From: Octopus sinensis
Lineage: Eukaryota
Reading direction: 5' to 3'
NCBI RefSeq assembly: GCF_006345805.1
Contig: NC_043004.1
Span: 78,430,001-78,494,000 of the forward strand
DNA: 64,000 bases
Shown piece by piece: positions 1 through 13,469 of the stretch. A program made the translations under genes and the position numbers. Numbering within the stretch: position 1 is the first letter of the stretch; each line of letters starts with the position of its first letter. The notes under the pieces were generated by a model. That model was not told where the DNA came from. It made no database searches and worked only from the letters and a program-made list of their open reading frames with translations.

Positions 1-2246
1 ATATAAATTTGGTGATTCAAACAAGAAAAAAACTTAAAACGCAAGTATATATATTGAATATATATATATATATATATATTGAGTATATATATATATATTC
101 TTTTTTAATATAAATAATCAGCACAACTTACAGAGTTACTTGGGGGATGAGAATTTCTTTGGTTGGCACTTTTGAAATTCAGGAAATTCTCAGCTCTTGA
201 GTCACTCTGTAACTTCTGCTGATTATTAAAAATATACATACATATGTATATATATGGGGCATATGTGTATATATTTGTATGTGTGTGTGTGTATATATGA
301 TTTTATCTTTAGATATGTATGTGTATATGAATTAGTGTATGCGTGTGTATGAAATGTAGTTGTAGCTAAAGAATATTGATTAGGTTGTGTAAGTATTAGT
401 TTTTTTTTCTTTGTTCAGATTCTATGTCCTGCCCGCCCCCGCCCCGCCCTCTCTCTCTCTCTCTTTGTGAATTCTCAATAGTTTAGTCTTGCTGCTAGAA
501 CTGCATGTCTTTATCACTTTTTCCCAGATATTTTTCGTTTTATAAATGACAAGTGAAGGTGACATCTCAATCACTGAAACATGTGGTAGCTAACTTATGA
601 ATTATTAGCTCACTGATAACAACAGCAACACTATCATCATCATCGTCATCAACAACAGTAATAATAATAATAATAATAACAATAATAGTAAATGTTTTTT
701 TCTTAAGCACCAGTTGTCATGTTTATAAAGGTAAAGATGAGCTGTAATCTCTGGAAGGTTTCATACAGACTTGCCTCAGTTCATGGCTAATTTGAGGGTA
801 ACATTTAAGGATTTTGCTACTAGTTAACAATAAAAGTCATTTTAATGTCCCCTTTTCCATGCTTGTATGAGTCAGACAGAATCATGTTAAGGCAGATTTT
901 TTTTTTATGCCAACCCTCACCTGTTTCCAAATAAGGTAATATTCCCTAATGGCCAGACATATTTTCATGGTAGATTGGGAATGAAGGACATTGTGTGTGT
1001 GATGGTGGCATTCATTTACAACTACCATGCAATGTCAAAGCAAGGAGACGGTAACATACATGAGAGGCTTCTTTCAGTTTCCATCTACCGAATCTACTCT
1101 CAAGGGTTTGGTTGGCCCAAGGCTCTAGCAGAAGACATTTGCCCAAGGTGCCACACAATGGGACTGAACCTGGAACCATGTGGTTGGGAAGCAAACTTCT
1201 TGCTGCATAGCCATGCCTGCACACACACACACACACACACGCACCAGTTTGTATTGATATATAACCTCAGTATATTAATATATTCTTCCATTTCGAATCT
1301 CATTTAAATGTTAGTATAGTTAAAATCAGTTCTGTTTTTTTTAATGTCAAGTTTGAACTATCAGGAATAGAAAATTATTCTTTCATTTCAGTGGAATCTT
1401 AGTGTGGGATGGTAACTTGTTTACTACTGGAATATCCAGAGTTCTTATGCTAGCTGGATTTTAAACTGTGGTAAATGGAATAGTTTTTATCCTATCCTCT
1501 TTGCTTTTTCTCTCCCACTTCAGGTAAATAAATAAAAATAATAATTATCAGAAAATTGGAGAAATATCAGGATTTGTCTAGAGGTGAAAAGACTCTGAAA
1601 GACAAAGGTGGCAATTGTTTCTGTAGAAACTGATGCATTTGGCATAACGTCTAAACTGCTGTTAAAGAGGCCAAAAGATAATAGGGTTGAGGTTTGCAAT
1701 GCTGACCTGGAGAAAAGGGCCGTCCTATATTCTGCTAGAAGCTTGAAAAAGATACTTGAGATTTGAAGAGATTTGTCATCACCAAACCTCAGGATATAAA
1801 TTAATGTCCGTTTTTCCAAGCTGGCATGAGTTGGGCAGTTTGATAGAAACCAATGAACTAAAGAACTGTACTAGGCTCCATTGCCTGCTTTGGTCTGGTT
1901 TCTGTAACTGCATGTGTTTCTTCACACTAACCAATTTACAGACTGTGTTTCTTTTCATGGTACCAGGAAGGTTGATGAACAGTTGTACTGGTGCTACAAT
2001 ACAGTCATCCCTGCTAACTAAAGTACAATGTTTTTAGCTTAATAATAATAATGGTAAACATTTGATTTTCTTTAAAATCCTCCAAGTTTAGGCTATGATA
2101 TATTTTATATTCAAATGAATCGATAATCTTATTGAAAGTTTTAATATTGGTGTACAAAAATATATTGAGATTAACTCTCTTTATCTAGGGTTTAAAATGA
2201 AATACTAAGGTAGCTTCATGTTGTAAACAAGTCTTTTTTTTAAGAT

Positions 2247-2350
2247 CATCATCATCATCATCATTTAACGTCCGCTTTCCATGCTAGCATGGGTTGGACG
2301 GTTCAACTGGGGTCTGGGGAGCCCGAAGGCTGCACCAGTCCAGTCGGATC
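2247..2350 (-). mobile_element. Short RTE-type 3' tail fragment
   Basis: Reverse complement of 14835-14950 with a (CAT)n tail. Similar fragments at ~23138-23270, 36178-36422 (+) and 36945-37070. Confidence 0.8.
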
Positions 2351-2830
2351 TGGCAGATTAAGAAAATACCTAGCACCAAGCTTTAGCTGTAATGTTTGAT
2401 GTATGAGGTCTTGTTATATCTAGTTAGGTGTTGAGGAGACCAATTAGCCAACCATGTACCACACAGTCCACTGGGAGGTCCTCTTGTATTGTTAAACTCT
2501 TCACATCATTATTTTTTTACCCTTGTAACTTACAACCCTTTCTTGCCCTTATCCCTACTCACCTCTACCTGCAGAAGTTCGGCCCATGAGGGTAGTATCC
2601 CTCCACTTCAGACTATATATATTATATCATATTATACATTTACAAGAGGAGATGTGACACTGACCTCCAAGTTCTGAATTTGCTAACTTTCATCAGATTG
2701 TGGTACATTTGAGTTCCACTGTTACCCACTTCTTATAAAAGCATAACAGAATGTACTCCACCAAAAAGTATTGAATAATCCTTCAGTTTATTGTAAAATA
2801 GGTTTTATTATAATTTAGACATTAAAACAA

Positions 2831-2892
<62 letters not shown>

Positions 2893-3864
2893 AGAGTTTA
2901 CAAAAAAAACAAAAGACAAAGACAGGTGGTGTATATATATATATGCCGGTTAAATTTTAAATTTAAATATAGGATAAAATCTTTATAAGAATTTATCAAG
3001 TGTGTGTATATATGAGTATATATAAGAAAAAAATGATGATGGTTGGCCATCATTGAATTATTTTGTTTTTATGTAAACCTAAGAAGTTAATTAGTTGTAA
3101 CAGTTAGTAATGAGTCTACATTCCTTATCCAAATGAGTATCGACTGTTATGGATTAGACAAGAATACTAACAGGTCATTTTTAGATAAAGTTTTTATTTT
3201 ATTTATTTATTTATTTATTTATTTTTTTAGTGTTGCCGATAACATTTTTTGTGATTTCTTTTGTTAATCTGTTCAATTGATGCCACATATTGACAAGTGA
3301 CAGACGTCTGTGAAATAAAAGATATGAAAAGACACTGCGAATGGACCCATGTTAGTTTCTGAACATACAAAACGAATTAATGTTGTTTATATTTTAGCAG
3401 ATATTGGAGTATTCCTGTTGTAATTCTCCTGTATCCAATCCAGAGACTTTTCCTTCTTCTTCTTCCACCCCTTCATTTTAATTTTAATATTTCCAGGTAC
3501 TGCAATAACAATGACTTTACATATAATTCTTGCCGTTTTCTTAATTACAACCATTATGCGATTCCTCCACACTGTACAATTGGTCATTCTGGATATCAAT
3601 GGCATTCTGCTGTTTTTGTCTTCTTTTTCTTTCTTTCTTTTTTTTTTATTCTTCTTCTGCATTCTGAGAGAGTTCAAATTTTTCCAGGATTGGATGAAGG
3701 GCCAACTTTGCATTACACTCTTCCAGGGACAATAAATCTAACAGTTGTGTTACATCAGGGGTCATTCAACTTTTATCCCTAAAAATAAAATAAAAAATAA
3801 AACTCAAACAAACCAAAAACATGATCTTGTGCCAATGTGTGGGAAATAATTAATGAGGTGATTA

Positions 3865-5010
3865 GCTGGCAGAATCGTTAACACACTGGGCAGAATGCTT
3901 AGCGGCATTTTGTACTTATTAATGTTCTGAGTTCAAATCCAGCCAAGGCTGACTTCGTCTATCATCCTTTCGGGGTCAATGAAATAGGTACCAGTTGAGC
4001 ACTGGAGGTCAATGTAATCAACTATCTCCCTCCCCACAAATTTCAGGCCTTGTGCCGATAATAGAAAGGATCATTTAGGCTGTAAGCTCACAGATTCATT
4101 AGCGAAATTGAATAAAATGCTTAATGGCATTTCTTCATACGCTTTACATTCCGAGTTCAAATTCTGCCGAGGTTAACTTTACCTTTCATCCCTCTAGGTT
4201 CGATAAAATAAAGTACCAGTTATGTACTGGGGTCAGTGTAATTGATTAGTCTCCTCTCTTCTAAACTTGCTGGCCTTGTGCCAAATTTGAAGCAATTAGT
4301 TTATAGCTGGCAGAATCGGTTGAGCGCCAGACAAATGCTTTGCAGTGTTTCTTACAACTCCTTATGTTTTGAGTTCAAATTCTGCTGGAGTTGATAGAAT
4401 TAGTACAAGCCAAGTTGTGGGGTCAGTGTAATTGACTTTCCTCTCACTCCTACTAAAATTGCTGGCCTTGAGCCAAAATTTGAAATTATCATCATCATTA
4501 TGGAATATGATTGTAACTCCTGTGTTCTCAATTTACAAAGAATTTAAGACAACATGAATTGCCAGTTCCAGTTATGTCACTAATACCTTTGGAGCAAGCA
4601 ACAAATATTACATCTCTCTCTCTCTCTCTCTCTCCTGAAAATCTTATGCCCCGTAACAGTCTAAAGAAAGTTATTGTTATACTGTCATCATCATCATCAA
4701 TATTTTTTTTTCTATCTCAACATTTACCTTCCCTTTTCTAGACTACTTACCTCTTCTGTCTGATTATTATTATTATTATTATCATCATCAAAGGCAATGA
4801 GATGGCAGAATGGTTAGCATTGCCTAATAAAATGCGTAGTGGCATTTCATCTGGCTTTACGTTTTGAGTTCAAATTCTGCCGAGATAAACTTTGCCTTTC
4901 ATCCTTCCGGGGTCAATAAACTAAGTACCAGTCATGCGCTGGGGGTCAATGTAATTAACTGCCCCTCCTCCCCAAAATTTCAGGCCTTCTGCCTATAGTA
5001 GAAAGGTTTA
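3865..5010 (+). mobile_element. Cluster of four older family-B SINEs in the same orientation
   Basis: Core repeats at ~3865, 4085, 4305 and 4795. Confidence 0.8.
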
Positions 5011-6415
5011 TTATTATTATTATTATTATTATTATTTCTGTTGTCCATGCCATTTATATTAATATTCATTGTAAAGAAACAAAAAAAAAACCAAGCAAAC
5101 AAAAAAAAAAAACGACAAAACAATTCATAAACTTCATATTTACTTGGTCGTTGGTTTGATAAACTATTTTAGAATTAGTTTGTATATAAATAGGAAATCA
5201 TTTATTATAAAAAAAAAACAAAACCCAAATTCTTTTGATATCCAACAACTAAAGATTTCTTCTTTTCCTGCAAAAAGAAAAAAAAAAAAAACCAATGTAG
5301 AATGAACTGAAGCTTTCATCGCAGACTCGTAGCAGATTAGCTGCAATTTCTGATGCCTCTTGATCAATACTGCACTTCTATCTTGGCTCGAGTTTGTTCG
5401 AGATAGATATAGATCAGGTTAGCGGATGCTACCATTCATATTTTTCTTCTCTTCTCACACAGACCTCTTCCCAAGCCCTGACAGTTTCTTTGGAAAATTG
5501 ATTTTATATTACAGATCTAAGTGTAAATGACAAGGGTTTTTTTTTTGTTTCTTTTTTCCATCATATATATATATATATACACATATATATATTATATTAT
5601 TTATAATCGTACTAGTGTAGAATTGGTGACCAGGGTAGAGGCAGAGTTGTGTGGGAGCTGGACATAGCCTTCTTTAATGCTAAACCCTTAAACCTCCATC
5701 ATAATGGCTACATTCATCGGCTCTCTTTACCAAGATTACATCAGACTGATTACTATGACAACTACATCATATTTCAACTAATGAACCCTCCCCCCCACCA
5801 TCACCATCAATTTTTCTGTCTGTTTGTCTGTTACCGTGTTTCTTTGTCTCAGTCTCTTCTCCCTCCCTCCCTCCCCCCTCCATCATTCTCTCCTCGCACT
5901 AATTAGATGAAGAATGGAAATTCCAAAAAGGCACACACTTGTACAGAACATTTTTTGACGTTTTTCTATGGATTTTTATTTGGTAGTTTATATATTTCAA
6001 GTTTTTGGTAGCACTCCTCTTGCTGGTAACTGCCCCTCAGTAACGGCTCATCAAGCATCTACCATCCACAATGTGCAAATATCCAACAACGTAACCAAAT
6101 TACAATCAGTTTTATCTAATAAAACATTAACAAAAATTCAAAAAATGTCTCAAGACTTCCTCTTTTCTTTCCTTTTTTTTCAGCTCCTCATCAGATTTTA
6201 TTACAGGTGTTATCTCCCTTACATTGCAACAGCGGAGAAAATTGAAGCTTTCCTTTTTGATGAGAAATGTTATACACTTCTAGAACTCAGCAGGGATGAC
6301 TAGCTGAGATGACTGTGATGGAGACGTAAACACACCAACATCGGTTGTCAAGTGATGTGGTGGTGGTGTGGTGGTGGTGGTGGGGGCAACCACACACACA
6401 AATACATGTATGTAA

Positions 6416-7913
6416 CTCATCTCCCTATACCTCGACCGCATCCTGTCCCCCTTAGTCGCAGCCCTCCCATCCCACATACACGACACCAACCACGCCCTCC
6501 GTCTCTTCAATTCCTTTTCCTTCCCTTCCAGCCCCTCACACCTCCTCTTCACTTTAGATGTAAAATCCCTGTACACAGTGATTCCCCACAATGACGGTCT
6601 CCTAGCCCTCCAACACTTCCTCGACCGTCGTCCCGACCCCACCCCCAGCACCCCCACCCTTCTCCGTTGGCCGAGCTCGTCCTCACCCTCAATTGCTTCA
6701 CGTTCGCGGGGAGGGGGGGAAACGTACCAACAGGTGTCCGGGGTCGCGATGGGAACTAGGATGGGCCCCAATTTCGCCAGTCTCTTTCTTGGCTACATTG
6801 AGGCCCAAGTGTTCTCCCAGTTCTCTGGGCCGACCCCCGAACTATACGGTCGCTATATCGACGACTGCGTAGGTGCCACCTCCCTTTCCCGTGAACTTCT
6901 CTGCCAATTCATCTCTTTCCTTTCCAACTTTCACCCCTCCCTTCAATTCACCTCCACCATCTCCAACACCTCTGTCAACTTCTTGACATCTCTCTCCGCA
7001 TCGATCACCCCTCCAGATCTCTCACCACCACCGCCTTTTTTAAACCTACGGATTCCCACCTCTATCTCAACTTCTCTTCCTCCCCCCCTTCCACACCAAA
7101 CGAGCCATCCCCTACTCCCAGTTCCTCCGCCTCCGACGTTTGTGCAGCCGCGACCAGGATTTCGAGACCCAATCTCAATACCTGGCCCGCATGTTCAGAC
7201 TCCGAGGTTACCCACCCATACTCCTCTCTGATGCCCTCACCCGCGCCCGTCGCATCGACCGCACTACCGCCCTGTTCCTTCCCCCGCCCCCACCCCCCAA
7301 CCGCACCCCCTTCCCCCTCCTTTTCCACCCCTCTACCCTACCCCTTCGTCGCAAGATACTACGTGCCTTCCGTCGCCTCCAGCTTGATCCCACCACCCGC
7401 CCATTTTCCCTAACCTACCCCTGTCCTCTTTCAAACGAGCCCGCAATCTGCGTGACCTCCTGGTCCACAGCACCCTCTCTCCTTCCCCCTCAGCCCCACA
7501 CGGATCATTCCTTGCTCTAGATCCCGCTGCAACACTTGCCCTTCATCACCAAACACACCGCTGTCACCGGCTCCAACCTGCACACTGTACGCATTAGGCA
7601 CTCCTTTACGTGCACCTCGTCTGGCCTTATTTACTGCATTAAATGCAACCTATGCGGGATGCTGTATGTAGGACAGACGGGACGCCGGTTGTCCGACCGT
7701 TTCACTGAGCACTTAAGGGACGTTCGCCTACACTCTCTTTCTCCCGTCGCACGCCACTTCCGCTCGGCCGGCCATTCCCTAGATGACATCTCAGTGTTTG
7801 GTCTCGCCCCCCACCAAGGTCGCCCACTTTCCAGGCTCCACTTGGAGCAACGCTACATCTTCACCCTACAAACTACCACCCCACACGGACTTAACACAGC
7901 CCCCTCCTCTTGA
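6416..7913 (+). CDS. Penelope-like element RT + GIY-YIG endonuclease ORF, 5'-truncated and frameshifted
   Basis: LDVKSLYT, GVAMGTRMGP, RYIDD, C-x4-C-x2-C linker (CSRSRCNTC, Neptune-like), LIYCIKC..LYVGQTGRRLSDRFTEH GIY-YIG. Several mostly -1 shifts in homopolymer runs; no in-frame stops seen in the corrected frame. GC-rich against an AT-rich background. Confidence 0.92.
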
Positions 7914-10803
7914 GATCGTTTTTTTTTTTTTTTTTTTTTTTTTTTGCACCACCACCCACACCTACCCACCCACCTGCCTCCCACACGCACACACCCCACC
8001 CACCTACCTCCCACACACACCCAACCACCTACCTCCCACACGCCTGTTCACACACACACATACGCAGACCCATTTACGTACATACATTCACACATTTAAT
8101 CACACACACTTACAGACATACTAGCACACACACTAACATACAAACCACATGCACATACACACACACATACATACATACGCACACACATACATACTTACAC
8201 ACACACACACACACACAGACATACATACACACATACACACACACATACATACGCACATACATACACACACACTCACACACACACACACCGCACGTACATA
8301 CTTCACACACACACATGCAAACATACATGTAGGCACATACATACATACATGCCCACACATGCACACCCTTACACTGAATGCACACACACATACACCTTTT
8401 GCATCCAGGCAGCCCCCCCTCTTTTCTGCTTTCCGGTTTTGGCTGATGGATCCTCGGTTCCCGCGTAGCGGGGGCGTTCGAGGGCCTTTGCGCTCGCGCG
8501 CCTTGGCGCGCGCTGGGGGCTTGGTCGGCCCTTGGGCTTGCGTTGTACTGCTTGTGCGTTGTGTGCGTGAGCGCGCTTGTGCGTGTGGGCTTGCTTCGGA
8601 TGTGCGCGTACGTATGTATGCATACATACCCACACACTCGCATGCATCCCTACCCACATACATACACGCACACCTACTCACACACACACATACACACACA
8701 TACCTGCACACACACACACATACATACATACACATACATACCTACTTCAGACATACACACACACAGACATACACCCATACACTCACACTCACACGCATAC
8801 ACACACACACATACACACGCACACGTACACATACACACACACACACACCTACATACATACATTACACTTGTATACACACACACTTACATTCATACACACA
8901 CACACCTACACAGCCATACCCTCACTCAGACACACACATCTACCTACACACACACACAAACACACACGGACACACACCCATACATACATACATCTACACA
9001 CACACGCCTACACACATACATACACACATACATAAACACACACACATACACATATACACACATACGCACACACACATATACTTATACACATGCACACACA
9101 CACACATACATACATACACCCATATACATACACACACATACCCACATACTCCTATACGCACATACATACACAAAGACATACACACTTACACACTCACACA
9201 AACATACACACACACATACTTACACACACACTCACCTGCACGCGCACACACATGCATGACAAACACCCATACACTCACACTCACATACGCACACACCAAC
9301 ATAAACACGCACACGCACACACACACCTACACTCCCACACACATACACACGCACCTACATACACACACGCACGCATACACACGCATACACACATACATTA
9401 CACACGTACACACACACCCACATACACATGCATACACACACACACAAACATGCACGGACACACCCAGACATACACACATACACCTATATACACACGCCCA
9501 CACACCTACATACACACACATATACACACGCCCACACACCGACATACACACACATACATACACACACATACACGGACACACCCACATACTTACATACATA
9601 CACCTATACACACACGCCTACACACCTACATACACACAATGCATACACACACACACATGTACGCACATACACACACATATACGCACATACATATATACCC
9701 ACACACATGCACACACACACACACATACGCACATGCATGCATGCATGCACACGCGCACACCTACACGCATACACACACACACACGCACGTACACATACAT
9801 ACATACACACACGCATACATACACCCATACACATACATGCATCCGACACACACATACATACACACTCACACATACATACACACACACTCACTCACACACC
9901 TGTATGTACGCGCACACACATGCACATACACACACTTCCCCACACCCACACGTACATACATACACACTCACACACACACCACACACACACGGACATACAT
10001 CTATGCACACACATACATACACACATACTCACATACATTCATCGGACACACTGCCACCCAGACATACACACAGACACACTCACACATCCACACACATACA
10101 TACTTACGCGCATACTCGCAGGCACGCGCACATACGCACTTGCGCCGGCTCGCGTGCATACGCGCCGCATACACCTCGCCCTGGACCTGACGAGACCTCC
10201 CGCCCGTTCCTGGGACCGTCGCGTGTCGTTGGGTTTTCCCACGCCTGTCTCCGCGGTACCACTCTTCCATCTTCCCCTCAGCTGGAGTCCTTTTTCCTTA
10301 ACCCCCCCCTTTTTCGTTACACACACGCGCACACATATACACACCTTGCCTATATATATACATCACTCTTACACACATTCAATCTACTCATTAATACCAC
10401 CACGACACTGGACACACACACACACTACTACTCAACACACGCCCCCACCCCTTCCCCTCCCTCCCTTCCTCCTTCCTTCTTTTTCTTAGTACTGACCTCG
10501 TCTGCTAGCTGACCACTAGTCTCGCCCTACCTCACACGCCTACACACAGACGCACACACTAACACACACATATTTTTTTGTTTTTTCATCTCGCCTCACA
10601 CACACACATACACACACGCACATGCACACACTCACACATACACACACATCTGTTGGGTTACCAACCTTGTCTCCACTCTTTTGCCTTTAAAAACCCACTT
10701 TGCTCTTGTTTTTCACCATGTGCAACTCGTAAACACCAGTCGTCTTTTTTCTCTTTCCCTGTTGCCCGCTCTGGGATCTTTCTTTCCTCTCTCTTCCTTC
10801 TTT

Positions 10804-10842
10804 ATGTTTCCGACGAAGAGCTCCGCTCGAAACGTCATACCT
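10804..10842 (+). ncRNA. Minimal type I hammerhead-like motif, partly degenerate
   Basis: CCGACGA(10810-16; U4C variant of CUGANGA)-A-GAGC/tcc/GCTC-GAAA-palindromic ACGT-GUC site. Stem I only partly paired (ATGTTT/ATACCT). Confidence 0.55.
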
Positions 10843-13337
10843 CCCTGCTTCCATCTCCTGAGCGCCTATTAATAATAATACTGTAATTGTTCCTGTTGTT
10901 GTTGTTTTTTTGTTTCCCTTTTGGATTAAAATTATATATATATATATATGTATTTGTGTGTGGGTGGTTGCCCCCCCCCACCACCACCACCACCTCGCTT
11001 GACAACCGATGTTGGTGTGTTTACGTCCCCATCACTTAGCAGTTCTGCAAAAGAGACCGATAGAATAAGTCCTGGGATCGATTTGCTAGACTAAAGTCAG
11101 TGTTCCAGCATGGCTGCAGTCAAATGACTGAAACAAATAAAAGAATGTATATATATACGACCAGCTTCTTTCAGTTTACATCTACCAAATCCACTCACAA
11201 GTTTTGGTCAGCTTGAGGCTATAGTTGAAGACCCTTACCCAAAGTGCCACACAGTGGTACTGAACTCAGAACCATGTGGTTGGGAAGCAAGCTCCTTACC
11301 ACACAGCCATGCAAAAAATATTTTTAGAGCAGCATATGTATATTTAAAGTAAAGCATATATTTGGGGCAGTAAATTAGTATAATTCATAGACCCTTGGTT
11401 TCCCACCCTATTATATGCTGTGGCCCCTTACATTGTTGCTGATGTGAATTGAACCTTTTATCCTTTCAAGGTTGATAAAATAAAGGACCAGAGAAATTCT
11501 GGAGTACATTTAACCAACTTATATCTTCCCTGCAAATGTATAACTGTCTGCCAATATTGGAATCAGTTTTGGTTAAAATACCAGACAAAATGCCTTATAG
11601 TATTTAATCATGGTCCTTCAAGCTCTGTGTTCACATCCTGCTGAGGTCAAAATACCCTTTTGTCCCTCTGAGGTCAGGGTATAAGTTAAATACTAGAGAT
11701 GATTTAATGATTGACACCCTCCACTAAAATTTCTGGTCCTGCACCTGTCTTAGAAACAGTTATTGTGTATAAGGGATCAGGCAGTGGAACTGGCAGAATT
11801 GTTCGAATCCTAGGCCAAATGCATTGAAACATTTCGTCTGCCTTTATGTTTGGAGTTCAAATTCTACCAAGGTTGATTTTTGACTTTCATCCTTTCGGGG
11901 TCAATAGAATAAGTACCAGCTGAGTACTGGGGTTGAAGTAATTGACTTAACCCTCACCCTTCCCCTAAAATGCTGGCCTTGTGCCAAAATTTGAAAGCTT
12001 TGTAAACAGGACAGCAAAGAAGCAGACATGTAAAGTGTTGGACAGAATAGCTTCATGATAACTAGATGAATGGCTTTGTTTGGAACAATGTGGGTAGTTA
12101 CACAGTGTGTGTGTGTGTGTGTGTGTTTAGCAGCTGTGCACTGTCTTGAATATTTGTATGCGTAATAACCACAGCTTCTAGCGCAGTGGTTCCCAACCTG
12201 TGATCTATAGGCCCCTGGTGGTCTGCCAAGTTTGTACTGGGGGTGGTGGTGGTCCATACCCTAAATTCAAAATTTCATATATATATATATATGTATATGT
12301 GTATGTATGTATATATATGTGTGTATATATATATGTATGTATGTATATATGTATATATATATGTATATATGTATGTATACATGTATGTATATGTATGTAC
12401 GTATATATATGTATGTACATATATATGTGTATGTATGTATATATATGTATATATATTTATGTGTATATATATGTATGTGTATATATATATATGTATGTGT
12501 AGAAGCATGAAGACAGGGAAAGCCCCAGGCCCATCAGGAATTACTGCAGAGATGCTCAAAATATCTGGCAGTGTCGGCTATAACCTAGTCACCCGTATAG
12601 TCAACCAGGTGATACACGAAGGAGTCATACCCAATGACTGGTGCAGCAGCATACTAGTCAACTGCTACAAAGGTAAAGGTGATGCCCTAGATACAAATAA
12701 TTACAGAGGTATCAAGCTGTTGGATCAAGTAATGAAGGTTACGGAGAGGGTCATAGCCCAACTAATTAGAGAGAGAGTTAGTTTAGATGAGATGCAGTTT
12801 GGGTTCGTGCCAGGAAAAAGTACCACTGATGCTATATTCCTGGTAAGGCAGCTGCAGGAGAATACCTAGCCAAAGATAAGCCCCTGTACCTGGCTTTCGT
12901 TGACATGGAGAAAGCTTTTGATAGGGTCCCCCGATCCCTTATCTGGTGGTCAATGAGGAAACTAGGGATAGATGAATGGCTGGTGAGGACTGTGCAAGCC
13001 ATGTACAGAGATGCCGTAAGTAAGGTTAGGGTTGGCAACATGTACACAGAAGAATTCAAAGTAGAGGTTGGGGTCCACCAGGGTTCAGTACTCAGCCCCC
13101 TCCTATTTATCATAGTACTCCAGGCAATTACGGAGGAATTCAAGACAGGCTGTCCCTGGGAGCTCCTCTACGCTGACGACCTTGCTCTTATTGCTGAGTC
13201 ACTATCAGAACTGGAGGAGAAGTTCCAGGTGTGGAAGGAGGGTTTAGAATCAAGGGGCCTTAGAGTCAACCTAGCTAAAACCGAAGTACTAATAAGTAGA
13301 AAGGTAGACAATCCACAAATATTCAGGAAGATGGCCC

Positions 13338-13469
13338 TGCTCGATCTGTAGAAAAGGTGTAGGTAGAAACTCTATAAGATGTACCCAGTGTAAGCTATGG
13401 ACACATAAGAGGTGCAGCAATGTCAAAGGTAGGCTAACTGGGAAGATAGTTTTTGTATGTGGCAGATGC
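13338..13469 (+). CDS. PHD-like C4HC3 zinc finger inside the RTE ORF
   Basis: CSIC-x10-CTQC-KLWT-H-KR-C-x14-CGRC matches C4HC3 spacing. Confidence 0.75.

Larger units (their letters stand above)
6400..10885 (+). mobile_element. Penelope-like retroelement with a ~3 kb CA-rich 3' region and a hammerhead-bearing 3' end
   Basis: ORF as above, then poly-T 7918-7945, CA/TACA-rich tract, hammerhead-like core at 10810-10836, and (AAT)n end near 10870-10880. Confidence 0.75.

Noticed and set aside
5990-6303. Possible + strand exons (acceptors near 6000, 6183 and 6207; ..RCYLPYIATAEKIEAFLFDEKCYTLLELSRDD*)
   Set aside because: No convincing donor, no phase-compatible partner exon and no recognisable homology.
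10185-10240. CTGACGAG followed by a TCCC/GGGA stem
   Set aside because: No GAAA half of the core follows.
8110-10512. Long His/Thr-rich and Cys/Val/Met-rich ORFs (e.g. 787 aa at 8149-10512), and similar ORFs at 27-28 kb, 38-39 kb and 62 kb
   Set aside because: These are translations of CA/TACA/TA microsatellites, which lack stop codons in several frames; no domain content.
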